Below are positions 29,815 through 40,908 of a DNA stretch of 64,000 nucleotides, piece after piece (within the stretch, counting starts at the first letter, position 1; each line of letters opens with the position of its first letter). Under the pieces are notes generated by a model. That model did not search any database and was not told the origin of the DNA. It was given only the letters and a program-made list of their open reading frames with translations. The DNA comes from an uncultured Nitrospiraceae bacterium (GTDB taxonomy: Bacteria > Nitrospirota > Nitrospiria > Nitrospirales > Nitrospiraceae). The stretch is taken from contig CAVSTP010000004.1 in the NCBI GenBank assembly GCA_963730935.1, positions 1,312,001-1,376,000 on the forward strand. Direction: 5' to 3'. The translations under genes and the position numbers were made by a program.

Positions 29815-31146
29815 TCAGCGCCCAAATCGTCGCGGCGTATCCGAACGAAATGAGGGTCGGAAATCTCTCCCGATCCCGTTGCGAGTCTCATGAAGCGCGG
29901 GCGACGCGTGATGGCTGTGATGACGCTGAGCGGGACGACGTACCGGCCGCTCTTCCGTGACCACGGCTGCCGGGGGCAGCGGCGCCAAGGCCGGAAGCGA
30001 CAGTTTCGTCGATTGGATCCTCAGCTGCCGAACCATCCGAAGATATTCCCGTTCTTCCGCCTGAGATAAAATCAGAAAGGTGGACCCCTCCTTTTCGGCA
30101 CGACCTGTCCGGCCGGCGCGATGCACGTATGAGTTCGGATTGACCGGCAACTCATAGTGAATGACCTGCGCGACATCCGGAATATCGAGTCCCCGGGCCG
30201 CCACGTCGGTGGCGACCAGGGACGTCAGCCGTCCCGCCCGAAAGGCGCCGAGCGTCCGTTCCCGCTGCGCTTGGCTGTGATTGCCGGTGATCGCACCCAC
30301 TGAGGCGGATTCTCCGCCCAGCTTGGAGGCCAATCGCCGGACTTTATGTTTTTGATCGCAGAAAATCATCGACCGCTCGCCGGCCTTTACAGCCTGCAAC
30401 AGCGTGTGCACGAGCTGCGTACGCGAGTGCTCGGCCGGCACCACATAGTAGGCATGGGTGATGGTCGTCGGACTGCTGATCCCCGGATCGACGGAAATCT
30501 TGGCCGGATTCCGTTGCATGGTCCCAGCGAGCTGCTGGATCTCAGCGGAAAAGGTGGCGGAGAACAGTAACGTCTGCCGCTCGGGCGGCAGTAGGCCAAG
30601 GATGCGCTGAATATCACGGAGAAAGCCGCGATCCAACATCTGATCCGCCTCGTCCATTACAAGCCACGTCACGGCGCCAAGGTACAAGTGGCCGGACCCT
30701 GCAAGGTCCAGCAGCCTACCCGGCGTTCCGACGACAACCTTAGGCGCGTGCCGAAGCGCGCGGTAATGCCGCTCGATCGGCGTCCCGCCGTAGACAGCCA
30801 GTGATGTGACCGCCGGCGGCGCATATTTTCGTAGTTCCGTATCGATCTGAAGGGCCAGTTCTCTCGTCGGAGCGAGAATCAAAAACTGGGGCCCTCGTTT
30901 TCCTGAGCCGCCTGATGTGAGAGGCGGCGTGCCTTCGCTTGAGACCGACCGCAAAGCCCGCTCGATCATCGGCAGCAGAAAGGCCAGCGTTTTTCCGCTC
31001 CCCGTTTTGGCCTGCGCCATGACGTCCCGCCCGGCAAGAGCAGGCGGAATAGCCGCCTCCTGAATCGGCGAAGGGGACGTGATCCCAGCTTGTAGCAATC
31101 GCTGGGCAAGAAACGGGGGCAAACTCATCTGAGCAAACATAGACAT
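29815..31146 (-). CDS. DEAD-box RNA helicase
   Basis: AKTGSGKT, PTRELA, TPGRL, DEAD, SAT, ARGLD, HRAGRTGR; AAGGAG SD before 31146. Confidence 0.95.
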   Translation of the reverse strand: MSMFAQMSLPPFLAQRLLQAGITSPSPIQEAAIPPALAGRDVMAQAKTGSGKTLAFLLPMIERALRSVSSEGTPPLTSGGSGKRGPQFLILAPTRELALQIDTELRKYAPPAVTSLAVYGGTPIERHYRALRHAPKVVVGTPGRLLDLAGSGHLYLGAVTWLVMDEADQMLDRGFLRDIQRILGLLPPERQTLLFSATFSAEIQQLAGTMQRNPAKISVDPGISSPTTITHAYYVVPAEHSRTQLVHTLLQAVKAGERSMIFCDQKHKVRRLASKLGGESASVGAITGNHSQAQRERTLGAFRAGRLTSLVATDVAARGLDIPDVAQVIHYELPVNPNSYVHRAGRTGRAEKEGSTFLILSQAEEREYLRMVRQLRIQSTKLSLPALAPLPPAAVVTEERPVRRPAQRHHSHHASPALHETRNGIGRDFRPSFRSDTPRRFGR

Positions 31147-31295
31147 TAACACTCCTTGTGTGGATCAACTTCCTTGGACTGCAAGACGGCCGTTCATCCG
31201 GCCGGAAAACGCATCGGATAGATGGGCAATTCTAGGAAGGATATTAGCGGGGCCGCCGGCATGGCAGCCCCGATGTGAAAAACTACGGCTCGCGC

Positions 31296-31595
31296 TTAAT
31301 GCCGGCCGCCACCGAACCCGCCGCGGCCTCCGCCGCCGGCGCGTGGTTCCTGCGGACGCGCTTCGTTTACAGTCAACGTGCGGCCGCCCAGTTGGGTACC
31401 GTTCAACGCGGCAATCGCCGCCTGAGCCTCCGAATCCCCGGACATCTCCACGAAGCCAAAGCCTCGGGACTGACCGGTGAATTTATCAGTGATGATTCGG
31501 GCTGACGCCACCGCCCCATGCGCAGCGAACAGATCGCTCAGTTGCTGCTCAGTTGTGGAATACGGCAAACCCCCAACGTAAATCTTCGAACCCAT
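31296..31595 (-). CDS. RRM (RNP-1) RNA-binding protein with Gly-rich tail
   Basis: IYVGGL (RNP2), RGFGFVEM (RNP1), GRTLTVNEARP; AAGGAGG SD before 31595. Confidence 0.95.
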   Translation of the reverse strand: MGSKIYVGGLPYSTTEQQLSDLFAAHGAVASARIITDKFTGQSRGFGFVEMSGDSEAQAAIAALNGTQLGGRTLTVNEARPQEPRAGGGGRGGFGGGRH

Positions 31596-31795
31596 CGGGT
31601 TCCTCCTTTGAGAAATTGGTGTTGTCTTGGACTCGAGAAGAGGTGAGGAAGGAATGGGCCGAAGACGCAAAACACGATGGCGACTCAGGTCTGGCTTCCG
31701 ATCAGATCCCCGGGCAGAACCAAAACAACACAGTATCAAGCCTTGTCACTCTCTACTGCATCACCACCAGGCCTTTCGCGGTGATACACCCGTGC

Positions 31796-31824
31796 AATGT
31801 AGCGCATGACCGGAACAAATGCAA
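31796..31824 (-). promoter_or_regulatory. Promoter of the RRM gene, implying a ~195 nt leader
   Basis: TTGCAT-N17-TACATT. Confidence 0.55.
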
Positions 31825-31837
31825 GCCAACCACGTAT

Positions 31838-32611
31838 TTAATACGCGGCGGGGTTTGACACGGGACGCTGCGAGAATAGCGGGACGGCATGCAAGCTGTC
31901 GAAATGCAAGGGAGATTTTCCACGCACGATGAGACCTACTTGGCCCAATCCAAGCGTTTGATCCTGCACGGACAACAGAAGCCGTCCGTCAAAAAATACC
32001 TCGATGACATCCTTGCTGATGATGGTGTCGCGATTCATTCGCAACGAATGCCAATCGACCGGCTTGGGAGTAATGGCCGTCTCGCCCAGCACCGTCACTT
32101 GGTCCCCAAGCACACGCACGACCTCCAGTTTCTTGGCCACCAGATCGACGATCGCAGCATAAAAATGCTGTTCGTCCTGCAGGCCGATAACGATTCCCCC
32201 CTGTCCCACGCCTCCCTCCTCGGGATAACGCAGCCGCACGGTCACGTCCGGGTATTCGTATTGGAGTTTATCCGCGACCAGCAGTTGATAGCAGGAACCC
32301 GTTTGGCACGAGGACTGCGCCTTGAGGATATTGGGCGGAGAAGGGGCTTCTTTTTCTGGTGCGATGGTCCAGATGGGGGCAGCGTCTCCGCCGACCACAA
32401 ACTGGGAAAACCCGGAAAGAGCGTCCTCAGGAGTCTGCTGATCAAAGGTCCAGCGGTGAAACAACTCACCCAAGGCTTGCTGCTTGAAGTTCGCTTGTTT
32501 CTCCGAGGAGGTTTCCATCTGGACCGCGGACACAGGCACCGGCGACAGCGGGCTCTGGGTGAGCACGAGTGCGAGCACGGCGAACAGTCGCAGTGGTGTG
32601 ATTCGGCTCAT
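31838..32611 (-). CDS. Secreted beta-sandwich protein (DUF1080/LamG-like)
   Basis: Signal peptide; GGIVIGLQD, WHSLR, IEVFFDG, GQVGL, FDSL pattern. Confidence 0.6.
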   Translation of the reverse strand: MSRITPLRLFAVLALVLTQSPLSPVPVSAVQMETSSEKQANFKQQALGELFHRWTFDQQTPEDALSGFSQFVVGGDAAPIWTIAPEKEAPSPPNILKAQSSCQTGSCYQLLVADKLQYEYPDVTVRLRYPEEGGVGQGGIVIGLQDEQHFYAAIVDLVAKKLEVVRVLGDQVTVLGETAITPKPVDWHSLRMNRDTIISKDVIEVFFDGRLLLSVQDQTLGLGQVGLIVRGKSPLHFDSLHAVPLFSQRPVSNPAAY

Positions 32612-32850
32612 GCCTTCTTCATGTCGATGATCTCGCGCTGGAGCCGATCCCGCTCGGTCAAGATCTTTTTCCGACGTCGCCAGCGATCCAATGACCACCA
32701 GCGGAGCTTTTCCTGAAACGTCACGGCCGGCAATTGAGCGCTCCCGCTTGGGGCATTCTGGAAATCATAGCCCTCATGCCGGTCACGGTTCGCGAAGAAC
32801 CGCCGGTAGAGGTGATCATAAATGCCGCGGGAACTGTCGCCTATCGCCAT
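32608..32850 (-). CDS. Small hypothetical protein (80 aa)
   Basis: Fills the gap between two co-oriented genes; ATGA overlap with the downstream gene. Confidence 0.55.
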   Translation of the reverse strand: MAIGDSSRGIYDHLYRRFFANRDRHEGYDFQNAPSGSAQLPAVTFQEKLRWWSLDRWRRRKKILTERDRLQREIIDMKKA

Positions 32851-32859
32851 CGTGCTTCC

Positions 32860-34914
32860 TTAAAGCATCCCCTCGAGTTGTTGCGCGTCTATCACGGGAG
32901 GGGAGCAGGTGCGGTGCTGGCACACGTATGCGGTGGGACGGCCATCGAGGCGCACTTTGCCTTTCGTCAGCGACAGATCGCTTGTACCGCAGGATGCCGC
33001 CTCCTCAACTGTCAGCACGACCCGATTGGGGATGTAGCGTTGGTGCACCATCGTCAGCATCGCTTGCGTCACGGAATGTTCGCGCGGACCGAGAATGACG
33101 ATTTCCTTTGGTCCGGTCAGCCACCAATCCAACGTACAGAGCAGTGCCGACGCACTGTACGGATTCTGCGCCATCACGGTCTGCAAGACCTTGAGGATCT
33201 GGCCGGCCCGCTCATAATACCGCTCCTCGCCCGTAAAAGAGAAGAGCCTTAACAGGACCGACGCCGCAACCGCATTGCCGGACGGAATCGCCCCGTCGGT
33301 CCCGGTCTTCATTCGCTGGATCAGCCGCTCGTGATCGTGACTGGTAAAAAAGCACCCGCCTTCGGCTTCGTCCCAAAAGTGTGACAACAGACTTTCCACA
33401 ACCGCATGGGCCTGATCGAGGTACCAGCGATGCGCGGTGGCTTCGAACGCATCAAGCAGCGCCGTCGCCAGCCATGCCGCATCATCAAGATATCCGTTGA
33501 GGCGCCCCTGCCCCCCCGCCACAGTGCGACAGACCCGCCCATGGGCAACCGCATAATCCAAGAGAAATGTGAGTGCCTTCTCCGCCGCCGCGCGATAGGC
33601 TGGGACACCGAAGGTCGCCGCCGCATCGAAGAGTGCGGAGATCATCATGGCGTTCCAACTGGTCAGAATATTTTCGTCACGCTGTGGCTTGGCGCGCTTG
33701 TCGCGAGTCGCCAGCAGCTTCATTCGGGCGGCTTTGAAGACTGATTCCTCCGTGTCCAGGCCTTCGGCCCGCTGCCCGCCGCCGAGACGGTGCAGCACGT
33801 TCTTGCTTTCAAAATTTCCTTCCGGCGTTGCACCATAGAGTCGACAGAACTCGCCGCCGAGGTCGCGTCCCAGCACCGCCTCGATTTCCTCCGGCGTCCA
33901 TACAAAAAACGCGCCCTCCTGTCCTTCACTATCGGCGTCCTGCGCGGCATAAAACGCTCCGTCCGGATGCGTCATTTCCCGCCTCACATACTCGAGGGTC
34001 TCTTCCACCACCTCGCGAAAGCGTTCTTCCTTGGTGAGACGCCATCCGTCGAGATACAGACGCACAAGTTGGGCATTGTCATAAAGCATTTTTTCGAAAT
34101 GTGGGATCTTCCATTCGGCGTCGACGGCATAGCGGTGAAATCCCCCTCCGACGTGATCGTAGATACCGCCCGCCGCCATGGTCCGCAGCTGTTGCAATAC
34201 CTTCTCGCGAAAGGAGGGATCGGCCTTCCTGACCGACTGCCGCAACATCACGTTCAATGGCGGGACCGTCGGAAATTTCTGACTATCGCCGAATCCTCCA
34301 TGCACCGGATCGAACCACCGCGCCAGCTCGGCGCCGGCCTGATCCAGGAGCCGGTCGGTGAGGGGCTCTGCCGAACTCTTCGGCGTCGAGACCCTCTGCA
34401 AGCCGGTTTTGACCTGCTCGATGTTCTTGCGCACCTCGTCTGGATGGTTGCGATACGCTTCGATGACGCCTCGCAGGACATCGGGAAAGGCCGGCAGGGA
34501 ATGGCGCGGTACGGGCGGGAAGTAGGTTCCTCCATAGAATGGTTCCTGATTGGGCGTCAGAAACATCGTCAGCGGCCAGCCCCCGCCGCGCCCGGTAAAC
34601 ACCTGCGCGGATTTCTGATAGATGTCGTCGAGATCGGGACGCTCTTCCCGATCAACCTTCACATTGATGAAATGCTGGTTCATCAGTGCCGCGATCTCGG
34701 GGTTATCAAATGACTCGTGCGCCATCACATGACACCAATGGCAGGCGGAGTAGCCGATGGACAGCAAGATGGGCTTGTCCTCCGATTGGGCGCGTGACAA
34801 CGCTTCCGGGCCCCACGGATACCACTCCACGGGATTGTCGGCATGTTGTCTGAGATAGGAGCTGGATTCGGTAATCAGACGGTTGGGAACGCGGTCGGTC
34901 GATGAAAGATCCAC
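32860..34914 (-). CDS. Thioredoxin-domain protein, YyaL/SSP411 family
   Basis: [51 protein letters not shown]. Confidence 0.92.
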   Translation of the reverse strand: MDLSSTDRVPNRLITESSSYLRQHADNPVEWYPWGPEALSRAQSEDKPILLSIGYSACHWCHVMAHESFDNPEIAALMNQHFINVKVDREERPDLDDIYQKSAQVFTGRGGGWPLTMFLTPNQEPFYGGTYFPPVPRHSLPAFPDVLRGVIEAYRNHPDEVRKNIEQVKTGLQRVSTPKSSAEPLTDRLLDQAGAELARWFDPVHGGFGDSQKFPTVPPLNVMLRQSVRKADPSFREKVLQQLRTMAAGGIYDHVGGGFHRYAVDAEWKIPHFEKMLYDNAQLVRLYLDGWRLTKEERFREVVEETLEYVRREMTHPDGAFYAAQDADSEGQEGAFFVWTPEEIEAVLGRDLGGEFCRLYGATPEGNFESKNVLHRLGGGQRAEGLDTEESVFKAARMKLLATRDKRAKPQRDENILTSWNAMMISALFDAAATFGVPAYRAAAEKALTFLLDYAVAHGRVCRTVAGGQGRLNGYLDDAAWLATALLDAFEATAHRWYLDQAHAVVESLLSHFWDEAEGGCFFTSHDHERLIQRMKTGTDGAIPSGNAVAASVLLRLFSFTGEERYYERAGQILKVLQTVMAQNPYSASALLCTLDWWLTGPKEIVILGPREHSVTQAMLTMVHQRYIPNRVVLTVEEAASCGTSDLSLTKGKVRLDGRPTAYVCQHRTCSPPVIDAQQLEGML

Positions 34915-35010
34915 AGATCGTCCTTCCGTTCGGCGCTGGTCATCGTACCCTGCGGCCGGCGACCCTGCAATGAATCTCACAGTCCATGCTATAGTCGCCA
35001 ATCGAATCCT

Positions 35011-36540
35011 ATGAAACGCTGTGTGACGACCTGTTTCGCCTGCTGGTGCTTCGTCTGCCTGGCATTTCCTCTGTTCGCCGCCTCCTCGCTTGAATCAACC
35101 CTTTCCAGCGCAGGCTGGCTTTCGTCAGCGCTGGAGCAGATCTCCATCGAGGGCATGCTGGCCGACATCCGGACCTTGAGCGGACCGGCATACGGAGGCC
35201 GGCTCACCGGCAGCGCCCAAGACGAAGCCTCAGCGACGTTCATCGCCAATCGGTTCAGCGAACTGCGGCTCCACCGCTCCCCCGCCCTTCCCCCGGAAAA
35301 TCGAACGAATCCATTGCCACAGCGAGAATGGAAACAGACGGCGTCCGTGCCCACGCGAACGATCACCGAGCCGTCTCTCGTGGAATTCGTCACGCCGCAA
35401 CAGCGGCACGCGCTCCAGAGCGGCTCTCAGTTCCTGCCGATCCTCGATTCCCCCTCTGCCGACATCCGAGGCCCCGTGGTATTCGTCGGCTATGGCATCG
35501 TCGATCCGTCCTCCGGTATCGACGACTATGCCAATCTGGATGTTCGCAACGCGATCGTCCTCTTTCTCCGCGGGAAACCTGAGACGTATGCCACACTCGT
35601 CAGCCACGCCGAGAAAGAACGCCTCGCCAAACAGCGTGGCGCCGTCGGCTATCTCACAGCCACAGGACCGATTTTAAGTGCCTACGAACAGCGCCGAGGT
35701 GTTACAGGAGTGCCGAGCGCGTATTACTCCTCCACCGTGACCGACGACCAGTTGCCCGGAGCCTGGATCAGCACCGAAGCCGCCGAATGGATTGTGGCCC
35801 AAGCTACCACCGAAGTTGCGACGCTCCGCAACATTCAAGAGACACTGAACCGTCCCGGGGGCTCACGGTCGATGCGGACAGAGGCCACTGTGCAGATGAA
35901 ATGGACCAGCCAGGTCGAGACAGGTACGCTGTTCAACGTTATCTCCGTGATCCGTGGCTACGGGCCGAACAATGATGAGGCGGTGCTCATCGGCGCGCAC
36001 CGGGATCACTTCGGACAACAGGCCGGACACTTGTTTGCCGGGGCCGACGACAACGCGTCGGGCACCGCGGTCCTGCTGGAAGTCGCGCGAGTACTCGCGC
36101 TCGCCCCGGCGGCGCCGAAACGTTCGGTCCTCTTCCTTTCGTTTAGCGGAGAGGAGCAGGGACTGTTGGGGTCAAAGCTCTATGTGTCACAGCCGATCGT
36201 GCCTCTGGCGAAAACGATCGGCATGATCAACGTCGATCACGCCGGCGCGGGCAATGGACGGTTAACAGTGGGGGTGACCGGGTTCGAGCGGAGCACTGCG
36301 CAGCGCATCGGCGATCTGGCCGGTCTAGCAGACAAGCTCGACCTGTTCGGCTATTTCCCAGGAGGCGATCACGTACCGTTCAAAGAAGCGGGTGTCCCGA
36401 CCGTGACGGTCGTGAGCAGCGGCGCGCATCCGCATTTTCATCAGCCGAGCGATACGGCGGACACGGTCAATCCGGAGATTCTGCAGTCCGTCGCCCGCTA
36501 TGTGCTGACGCTCACATGGCAGCTGGCCAATCAGCCATAA
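35011..36540 (+). CDS. M28 family peptidase with PA domain
   Basis: [42 protein letters not shown]. Confidence 0.9.
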   Translation: MKRCVTTCFACWCFVCLAFPLFAASSLESTLSSAGWLSSALEQISIEGMLADIRTLSGPAYGGRLTGSAQDEASATFIANRFSELRLHRSPALPPENRTNPLPQREWKQTASVPTRTITEPSLVEFVTPQQRHALQSGSQFLPILDSPSADIRGPVVFVGYGIVDPSSGIDDYANLDVRNAIVLFLRGKPETYATLVSHAEKERLAKQRGAVGYLTATGPILSAYEQRRGVTGVPSAYYSSTVTDDQLPGAWISTEAAEWIVAQATTEVATLRNIQETLNRPGGSRSMRTEATVQMKWTSQVETGTLFNVISVIRGYGPNNDEAVLIGAHRDHFGQQAGHLFAGADDNASGTAVLLEVARVLALAPAAPKRSVLFLSFSGEEQGLLGSKLYVSQPIVPLAKTIGMINVDHAGAGNGRLTVGVTGFERSTAQRIGDLAGLADKLDLFGYFPGGDHVPFKEAGVPTVTVVSSGAHPHFHQPSDTADTVNPEILQSVARYVLTLTWQLANQP

Positions 36541-36597
36541 GTCACGAAACGCCGTTCTCGCAGATGTGAGAGAGGCAGAAACGTGGACCGATTCTGG

Positions 36598-37029
36598 CTA
36601 GGGAATGTCGTCGAGGATCGTGGACTGAATATCCACTAACGGAGGAGTCGTTCGCGGAGGACCGGGCAGCACGATAGCATTTCCCGGTTGGTTGGCTCCC
36701 TGGATGAGTCCGATCGAAAGTTGTGGACCGAGCGTCGTAACGGCCCCGCTCCAGGCCTGCCCGGTGGTGGGATTACGGAAGTTGTAGGATTCGAAATTGA
36801 GCCCGGGCGTGTACATAAATCCCTGCGTCCCCTGCCTGTCCACATACAAACTAGCCGGCCCGGTCAGATTGAAAAGCGGAGCCACACTCCCGTCGAATGA
36901 GCGGACGCTTGAAATGGTCTGCTGCGCACTCGCTGGTGCGTCGGACCAGATCCACAAGGAACAGAGAACCATTGCGCCGATCAGGTGGCACCCGAGTCTC
37001 ATCCCGGGAAGTTCATGACAGACTTGCAT
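36598..37029 (-). CDS. Secreted hypothetical protein
   Basis: Signal-like segment ending ASA-Q; TCGACA-N17-TATAAT lies 6 nt before the ATG at 37029. Confidence 0.6.
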   Translation of the reverse strand: MQVCHELPGMRLGCHLIGAMVLCSLWIWSDAPASAQQTISSVRSFDGSVAPLFNLTGPASLYVDRQGTQGFMYTPGLNFESYNFRNPTTGQAWSGAVTTLGPQLSIGLIQGANQPGNAIVLPGPPRTTPPLVDIQSTILDDIP

Positions 37030-37080
37030 GAAGTCATTATAGTATGGGGGCATTCTCATGTCGACCAGAAAGGGGGGATT

Positions 37081-38640
37081 ATGGACCGAATCGCTGGACC
37101 GATCGCGCGCGCCCTACTTCTCGCTTTCGGCATCAATCTGATCTGCGCGGCAGGCTTCACCCGAGCGGCTGAGGACACGAAGAACCAGCAGGGGGAACGC
37201 CGTGAAACCATTGCTCTGGCTGACGCAGCGATCCGGGCGCTAAAGAGCAATCTTGACATCACCATCAGCCGTCAGACCAAGGAAAGCCGCCTGAGCGATA
37301 TCGTAGTCGAGCAGGCCAAGTTCGATCCGACCATGAGCGTCAACGGACAATATCTCCGGACCGTCAACCCGTTAAACCGGCCGGTCTTCGGTGGCACCGG
37401 CAACACCTTGACCGAGATTACGATCTTCGACCAACGCAACTCATCAGTCACTGTGGATGCACAAACGAACCTTCTGACCGGTGGTAATCTGGACTTGAAC
37501 TACAGTCCGGCCTATACGAATGTGAATCCGAGCGTCGCTCAAGGTTTCTTGTTCAACCCTGCCTGGACCGGAGGTCTGGCGATGACCTTGACTCAGCCGC
37601 TCCTACGCAATGCCGGCATTGATGTGAACAAGACCTTCATCCGGATCGCACAGAATAATGCTGCGGTCGAGGAGCACGTCTTCCGCGACAGAGTGCTAAC
37701 GGTACTGGCCACGGTGGAACAAACGTACTGGGAACTCGTGTTCGCCAATGAAAATTTAAAGGTCGCCGAAGCCGCCTTGAAGGCCGCTCAGAACCTTCTG
37801 GCCGAAAACAGGGCCAAATCCAAGGCTGGTGTCATGTCGATCGTGGACGTCCTACAGGCTGAAGCGGCTGTCGCCTCACGCGTGGAGCAAATCCTGATAG
37901 CCGAGAAATCCATTCGCGATCAGGAGGACCAGTTACGTCGGCTGCTGAATCCCGGCGAAAATGAGTTGAGGGAAGACCTGCGGTTGACGCCTCAAGATCC
38001 GCCGGCCGTGGCCTTACAGCCGATCAGCTTGCAAGAGGCGATCGATATTGCCATCGAGCGCCGCCCCGAGATTGTTCAGGCCAAGAAGAATGTGGATAGC
38101 AGCGAACTTAATACCAATTTCGCCAAGAACCAATTGCTGCCGACCCTTTCGTTCCAAGGCACCCTGGGATTGGCAGGCCTTGGCGGTAACCTTGGGAGTT
38201 CCGTCAACAGCAACTTTAGCGGTGATTTCTACAACTACGGTGCCGGTCTCGTGTTGAGTTACCCGCTCGGCAACCGCTCAGCCTGGAGTACCTATAACAA
38301 GCGGCAGATGGAAGGGAGGAATGCCCAGGTTTCGCTGGTCAGCGTCCGACAGCAGATTATCGTCGGCGTGCGTGAAGCAGTGCGCCGTGTTCAGACCGAC
38401 TTCAAGCGAATCGAGACGACCAAGTCGGCGCGCATCATGGCGGAAAAGCAATTACAGGCAGAACAGGAACGCCTGAAGGTCGGCTTGAGTACCACCCGCT
38501 TCGTGCTGGAATTCCAACGCGATCTGGCGACTGCACAGGGGAACGAGCTGCGTGCCATCGTTGATTACAACAAGTCGCTCTCGAATTTAGAGCGGCACAA
38601 GGCCACGACGCTCGATCGATACAGCCTAGAGCTTCACTGA
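37081..38640 (+). CDS. TolC-family outer membrane efflux protein
   Basis: Signal peptide, LTQPLLRNAG, VEQTYWEL, two OEP repeats, EQERLKVGLST. Confidence 0.9.
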   Translation: MDRIAGPIARALLLAFGINLICAAGFTRAAEDTKNQQGERRETIALADAAIRALKSNLDITISRQTKESRLSDIVVEQAKFDPTMSVNGQYLRTVNPLNRPVFGGTGNTLTEITIFDQRNSSVTVDAQTNLLTGGNLDLNYSPAYTNVNPSVAQGFLFNPAWTGGLAMTLTQPLLRNAGIDVNKTFIRIAQNNAAVEEHVFRDRVLTVLATVEQTYWELVFANENLKVAEAALKAAQNLLAENRAKSKAGVMSIVDVLQAEAAVASRVEQILIAEKSIRDQEDQLRRLLNPGENELREDLRLTPQDPPAVALQPISLQEAIDIAIERRPEIVQAKKNVDSSELNTNFAKNQLLPTLSFQGTLGLAGLGGNLGSSVNSNFSGDFYNYGAGLVLSYPLGNRSAWSTYNKRQMEGRNAQVSLVSVRQQIIVGVREAVRRVQTDFKRIETTKSARIMAEKQLQAEQERLKVGLSTTRFVLEFQRDLATAQGNELRAIVDYNKSLSNLERHKATTLDRYSLELH

Positions 38641-38644
38641 TCCG

Positions 38645-39358
38645 ATGGCGGAGCCTGAGCCGAACCCCCATCCCATTCCGGCTCAGGCAGAAGAACGGGG
38701 AGCGGCGCTGGCGCTGCTTCCAGTTGCTGCGACCCTGGACTACTACGCTCTGCCTGATTGGCTGCAGAGCCAGCCGCTCGTGCAATTCGCTCCTCAACTC
38801 ATCGGCTACCTTGGGTTTGCCTTATGGGCCGCTCACAACCGCTCAATCGGGACCCGCATCGGGTTGCAGATGTCGCACTGGAGCCGAGGAGCGAAGCTGG
38901 GCATCCTCACCGGAGTCCTACTCGGCTGCGTGAATACGTTGGTCATTCTGCGTCTGATTCCCTGGTTGGGGTGGGATATCACCTTCCTGAAAGAAACGCC
39001 GCATGCACAGGTGCCGGTGCTGATCATGGTCCCGTGGTTCATTTGTGTGATCGCCCTGTTGGTCGAGCTCAATTTTCGCGGGTTCTTGTTGGGAAGGCTC
39101 GCGGCGCTGGAATCGAGCATGTGGCGCCAGCCCATGCTCCGACGTCTGTCTCCGCTGGCCCTATTGACCAGCGCCCTGGTCTTCGCCTTCGACCCGTTCA
39201 TGGTCACCACCTTCCAACACCTCCATGGGATTGCGCTATGGGATGGTCTTGTCTGGGGACTTCTCTGGCTGTTCACGAGGAATCTCTATGCGACGATCGT
39301 CGCCCATGCGGTGGAAGTCATCCTCGTGTATAGTGCGGTGCGGGCGGCGTTGATGTAA
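38645..39358 (+). CDS. CPBP (Abi/CAAX) family intramembrane protease-like protein
   Basis: VELNFRG, LTSALVFA, ATIVAHA motifs (partly degenerate). Confidence 0.75.
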   Translation: MAEPEPNPHPIPAQAEERGAALALLPVAATLDYYALPDWLQSQPLVQFAPQLIGYLGFALWAAHNRSIGTRIGLQMSHWSRGAKLGILTGVLLGCVNTLVILRLIPWLGWDITFLKETPHAQVPVLIMVPWFICVIALLVELNFRGFLLGRLAALESSMWRQPMLRRLSPLALLTSALVFAFDPFMVTTFQHLHGIALWDGLVWGLLWLFTRNLYATIVAHAVEVILVYSAVRAALM

Positions 39359-39362
39359 GACG

Positions 39363-40382
39363 ATGACCCCTTCCTTCTCCAGCTACCTGGTGAACGACTG
39401 CTTCGGCGATCCGGGCGTCTATGTGGAAGTGCGCGGGTCGAAGCGGGCGCTGCTTTTCGACCTCGGGGAGAACGCTACGCTGGGCTCCACGCGTCTGCTT
39501 CGGGCCAGCGACCTCTTCGTGTCCCATACGCACATGGACCACTTCATCGGCTTCGACGCCGTCGTGCGAGTGGCTTTGGGACGTGGACAAACGCTTCGCC
39601 TCTATGGTCCGCCTGGACTGATCGAAAATGTGAGTGGTAAGCTCCGCGGGTACACCTGGAATCTGGTTGACGGCTCTCCATTGATTATTGAGGTCCGTGA
39701 ATTCGGCCGTCAGGAAGTCCGGCACGCGACATTCCAAGCCTCCAACGGTTTTCTGCAATCGGATCTCACGGTTCATCCGCTTCATATAGATCCGTGGACC
39801 GGGATCTTTACCGTCCTGGAAGATCCGATGTTTACCGTGCAAGCGGTGGCCTTGAACCATCGCATTCCCTCCTTCGCCTATGCGTTGGAGGAACGGTTCC
39901 ACATCAACGTCAACAAGCAGAAGCTGCACGATTCCGGACTTCCGGTCGGCGGCTGGTTGAAGGATGTGAAGCAGTATCTCTGGGAAGGGAAGCCGGAGGA
40001 GTTTCATTTCACCGCCGTCCTGTTCGATGAACATCGTCGTATGGAACGAGAGTTTGTGCTGGGTGACTTTGCACGTCAGTTCTTGACGATCACGCGAGGG
40101 CAAAAGCTGGCGTATGTCGTCGATACTCGCTACGACCAGGATAACGAAGCCAGAATCGTGGCGCTCGCCAAGCACGCAGACCTCTTCTACTGCGAATCGC
40201 CCTATCTCGATATCGATGCGGAAAAGGCCCTCGATCGCTATCACCTAACGGCCAGACAGGCCGGCATCATGGCACGGAAAGCTGAGGTGCGAGATCTCAT
40301 CGTGTTTCATTTCTCCCCACGATATATGGGACAGGGCGAAGTGATCGAGCGAGAGGCGCTGGAAGCCTTTCAAGAACATTGA
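39363..40382 (+). CDS. Ribonuclease Z-like metallo-beta-lactamase
   Basis: SHTHMDH, YVVDT, HLTARQAG, FHFSPRY. Confidence 0.85.
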   Translation: MTPSFSSYLVNDCFGDPGVYVEVRGSKRALLFDLGENATLGSTRLLRASDLFVSHTHMDHFIGFDAVVRVALGRGQTLRLYGPPGLIENVSGKLRGYTWNLVDGSPLIIEVREFGRQEVRHATFQASNGFLQSDLTVHPLHIDPWTGIFTVLEDPMFTVQAVALNHRIPSFAYALEERFHINVNKQKLHDSGLPVGGWLKDVKQYLWEGKPEEFHFTAVLFDEHRRMEREFVLGDFARQFLTITRGQKLAYVVDTRYDQDNEARIVALAKHADLFYCESPYLDIDAEKALDRYHLTARQAGIMARKAEVRDLIVFHFSPRYMGQGEVIEREALEAFQEH

Positions 40383-40388
40383 GGTGAC

Positions 40389-40727
40389 GTGAACGACCTG
40401 GGAAAGTATGCGGTTTATTTTCTGTTGGGAGGCACGATCGTCAGCCTCTCTACCTATCTGGGCGCCCAGGGCAGGCCGTATTTGGCCGCATTTGCGAGTA
40501 CCTTTCCCGCCATCACAGGCGCCACATTCGTCCTGCTGTACTTGAACGGCGGCAGCGACGCAATTGTCGCCTACGCGGAGAAGCTGTTCTGGTTCGTGCC
40601 CCCCTGGATCGTCTACGTCATGGCCATGATCTTTATTGTGCCCCGGGCGGGCTTCTGGCCGGCCATGGCACTTTCTCTGGCGCTCTACATGGGCTGCGTC
40701 TGGTTGGTTAAACTGGCGTTGCGCTGA
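40389..40727 (+). CDS. Small membrane protein (DUF3147-like)
   Basis: Four hydrophobic segments; FLLGG, AFASTFPAIT; GAGGT SD. Confidence 0.65.
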   Translation: MNDLGKYAVYFLLGGTIVSLSTYLGAQGRPYLAAFASTFPAITGATFVLLYLNGGSDAIVAYAEKLFWFVPPWIVYVMAMIFIVPRAGFWPAMALSLALYMGCVWLVKLALR

Positions 40728-40908
40728 ACCATGCCACTCCTGTAGGGGACTCTACCGGCAGGGTGTGATCACGGAAGTGCGCTTTTCTGGCGGTGCTTTG
40801 CCGTCACCCCTTCTTAGGAACTACCTTGTTTGAATACCTACCGGAAGAACCAGGTGAGCGCTACAGTCAAGGCATGCACCCATAAGAACTACCTCAGGGG
40901 AGGCAGCC

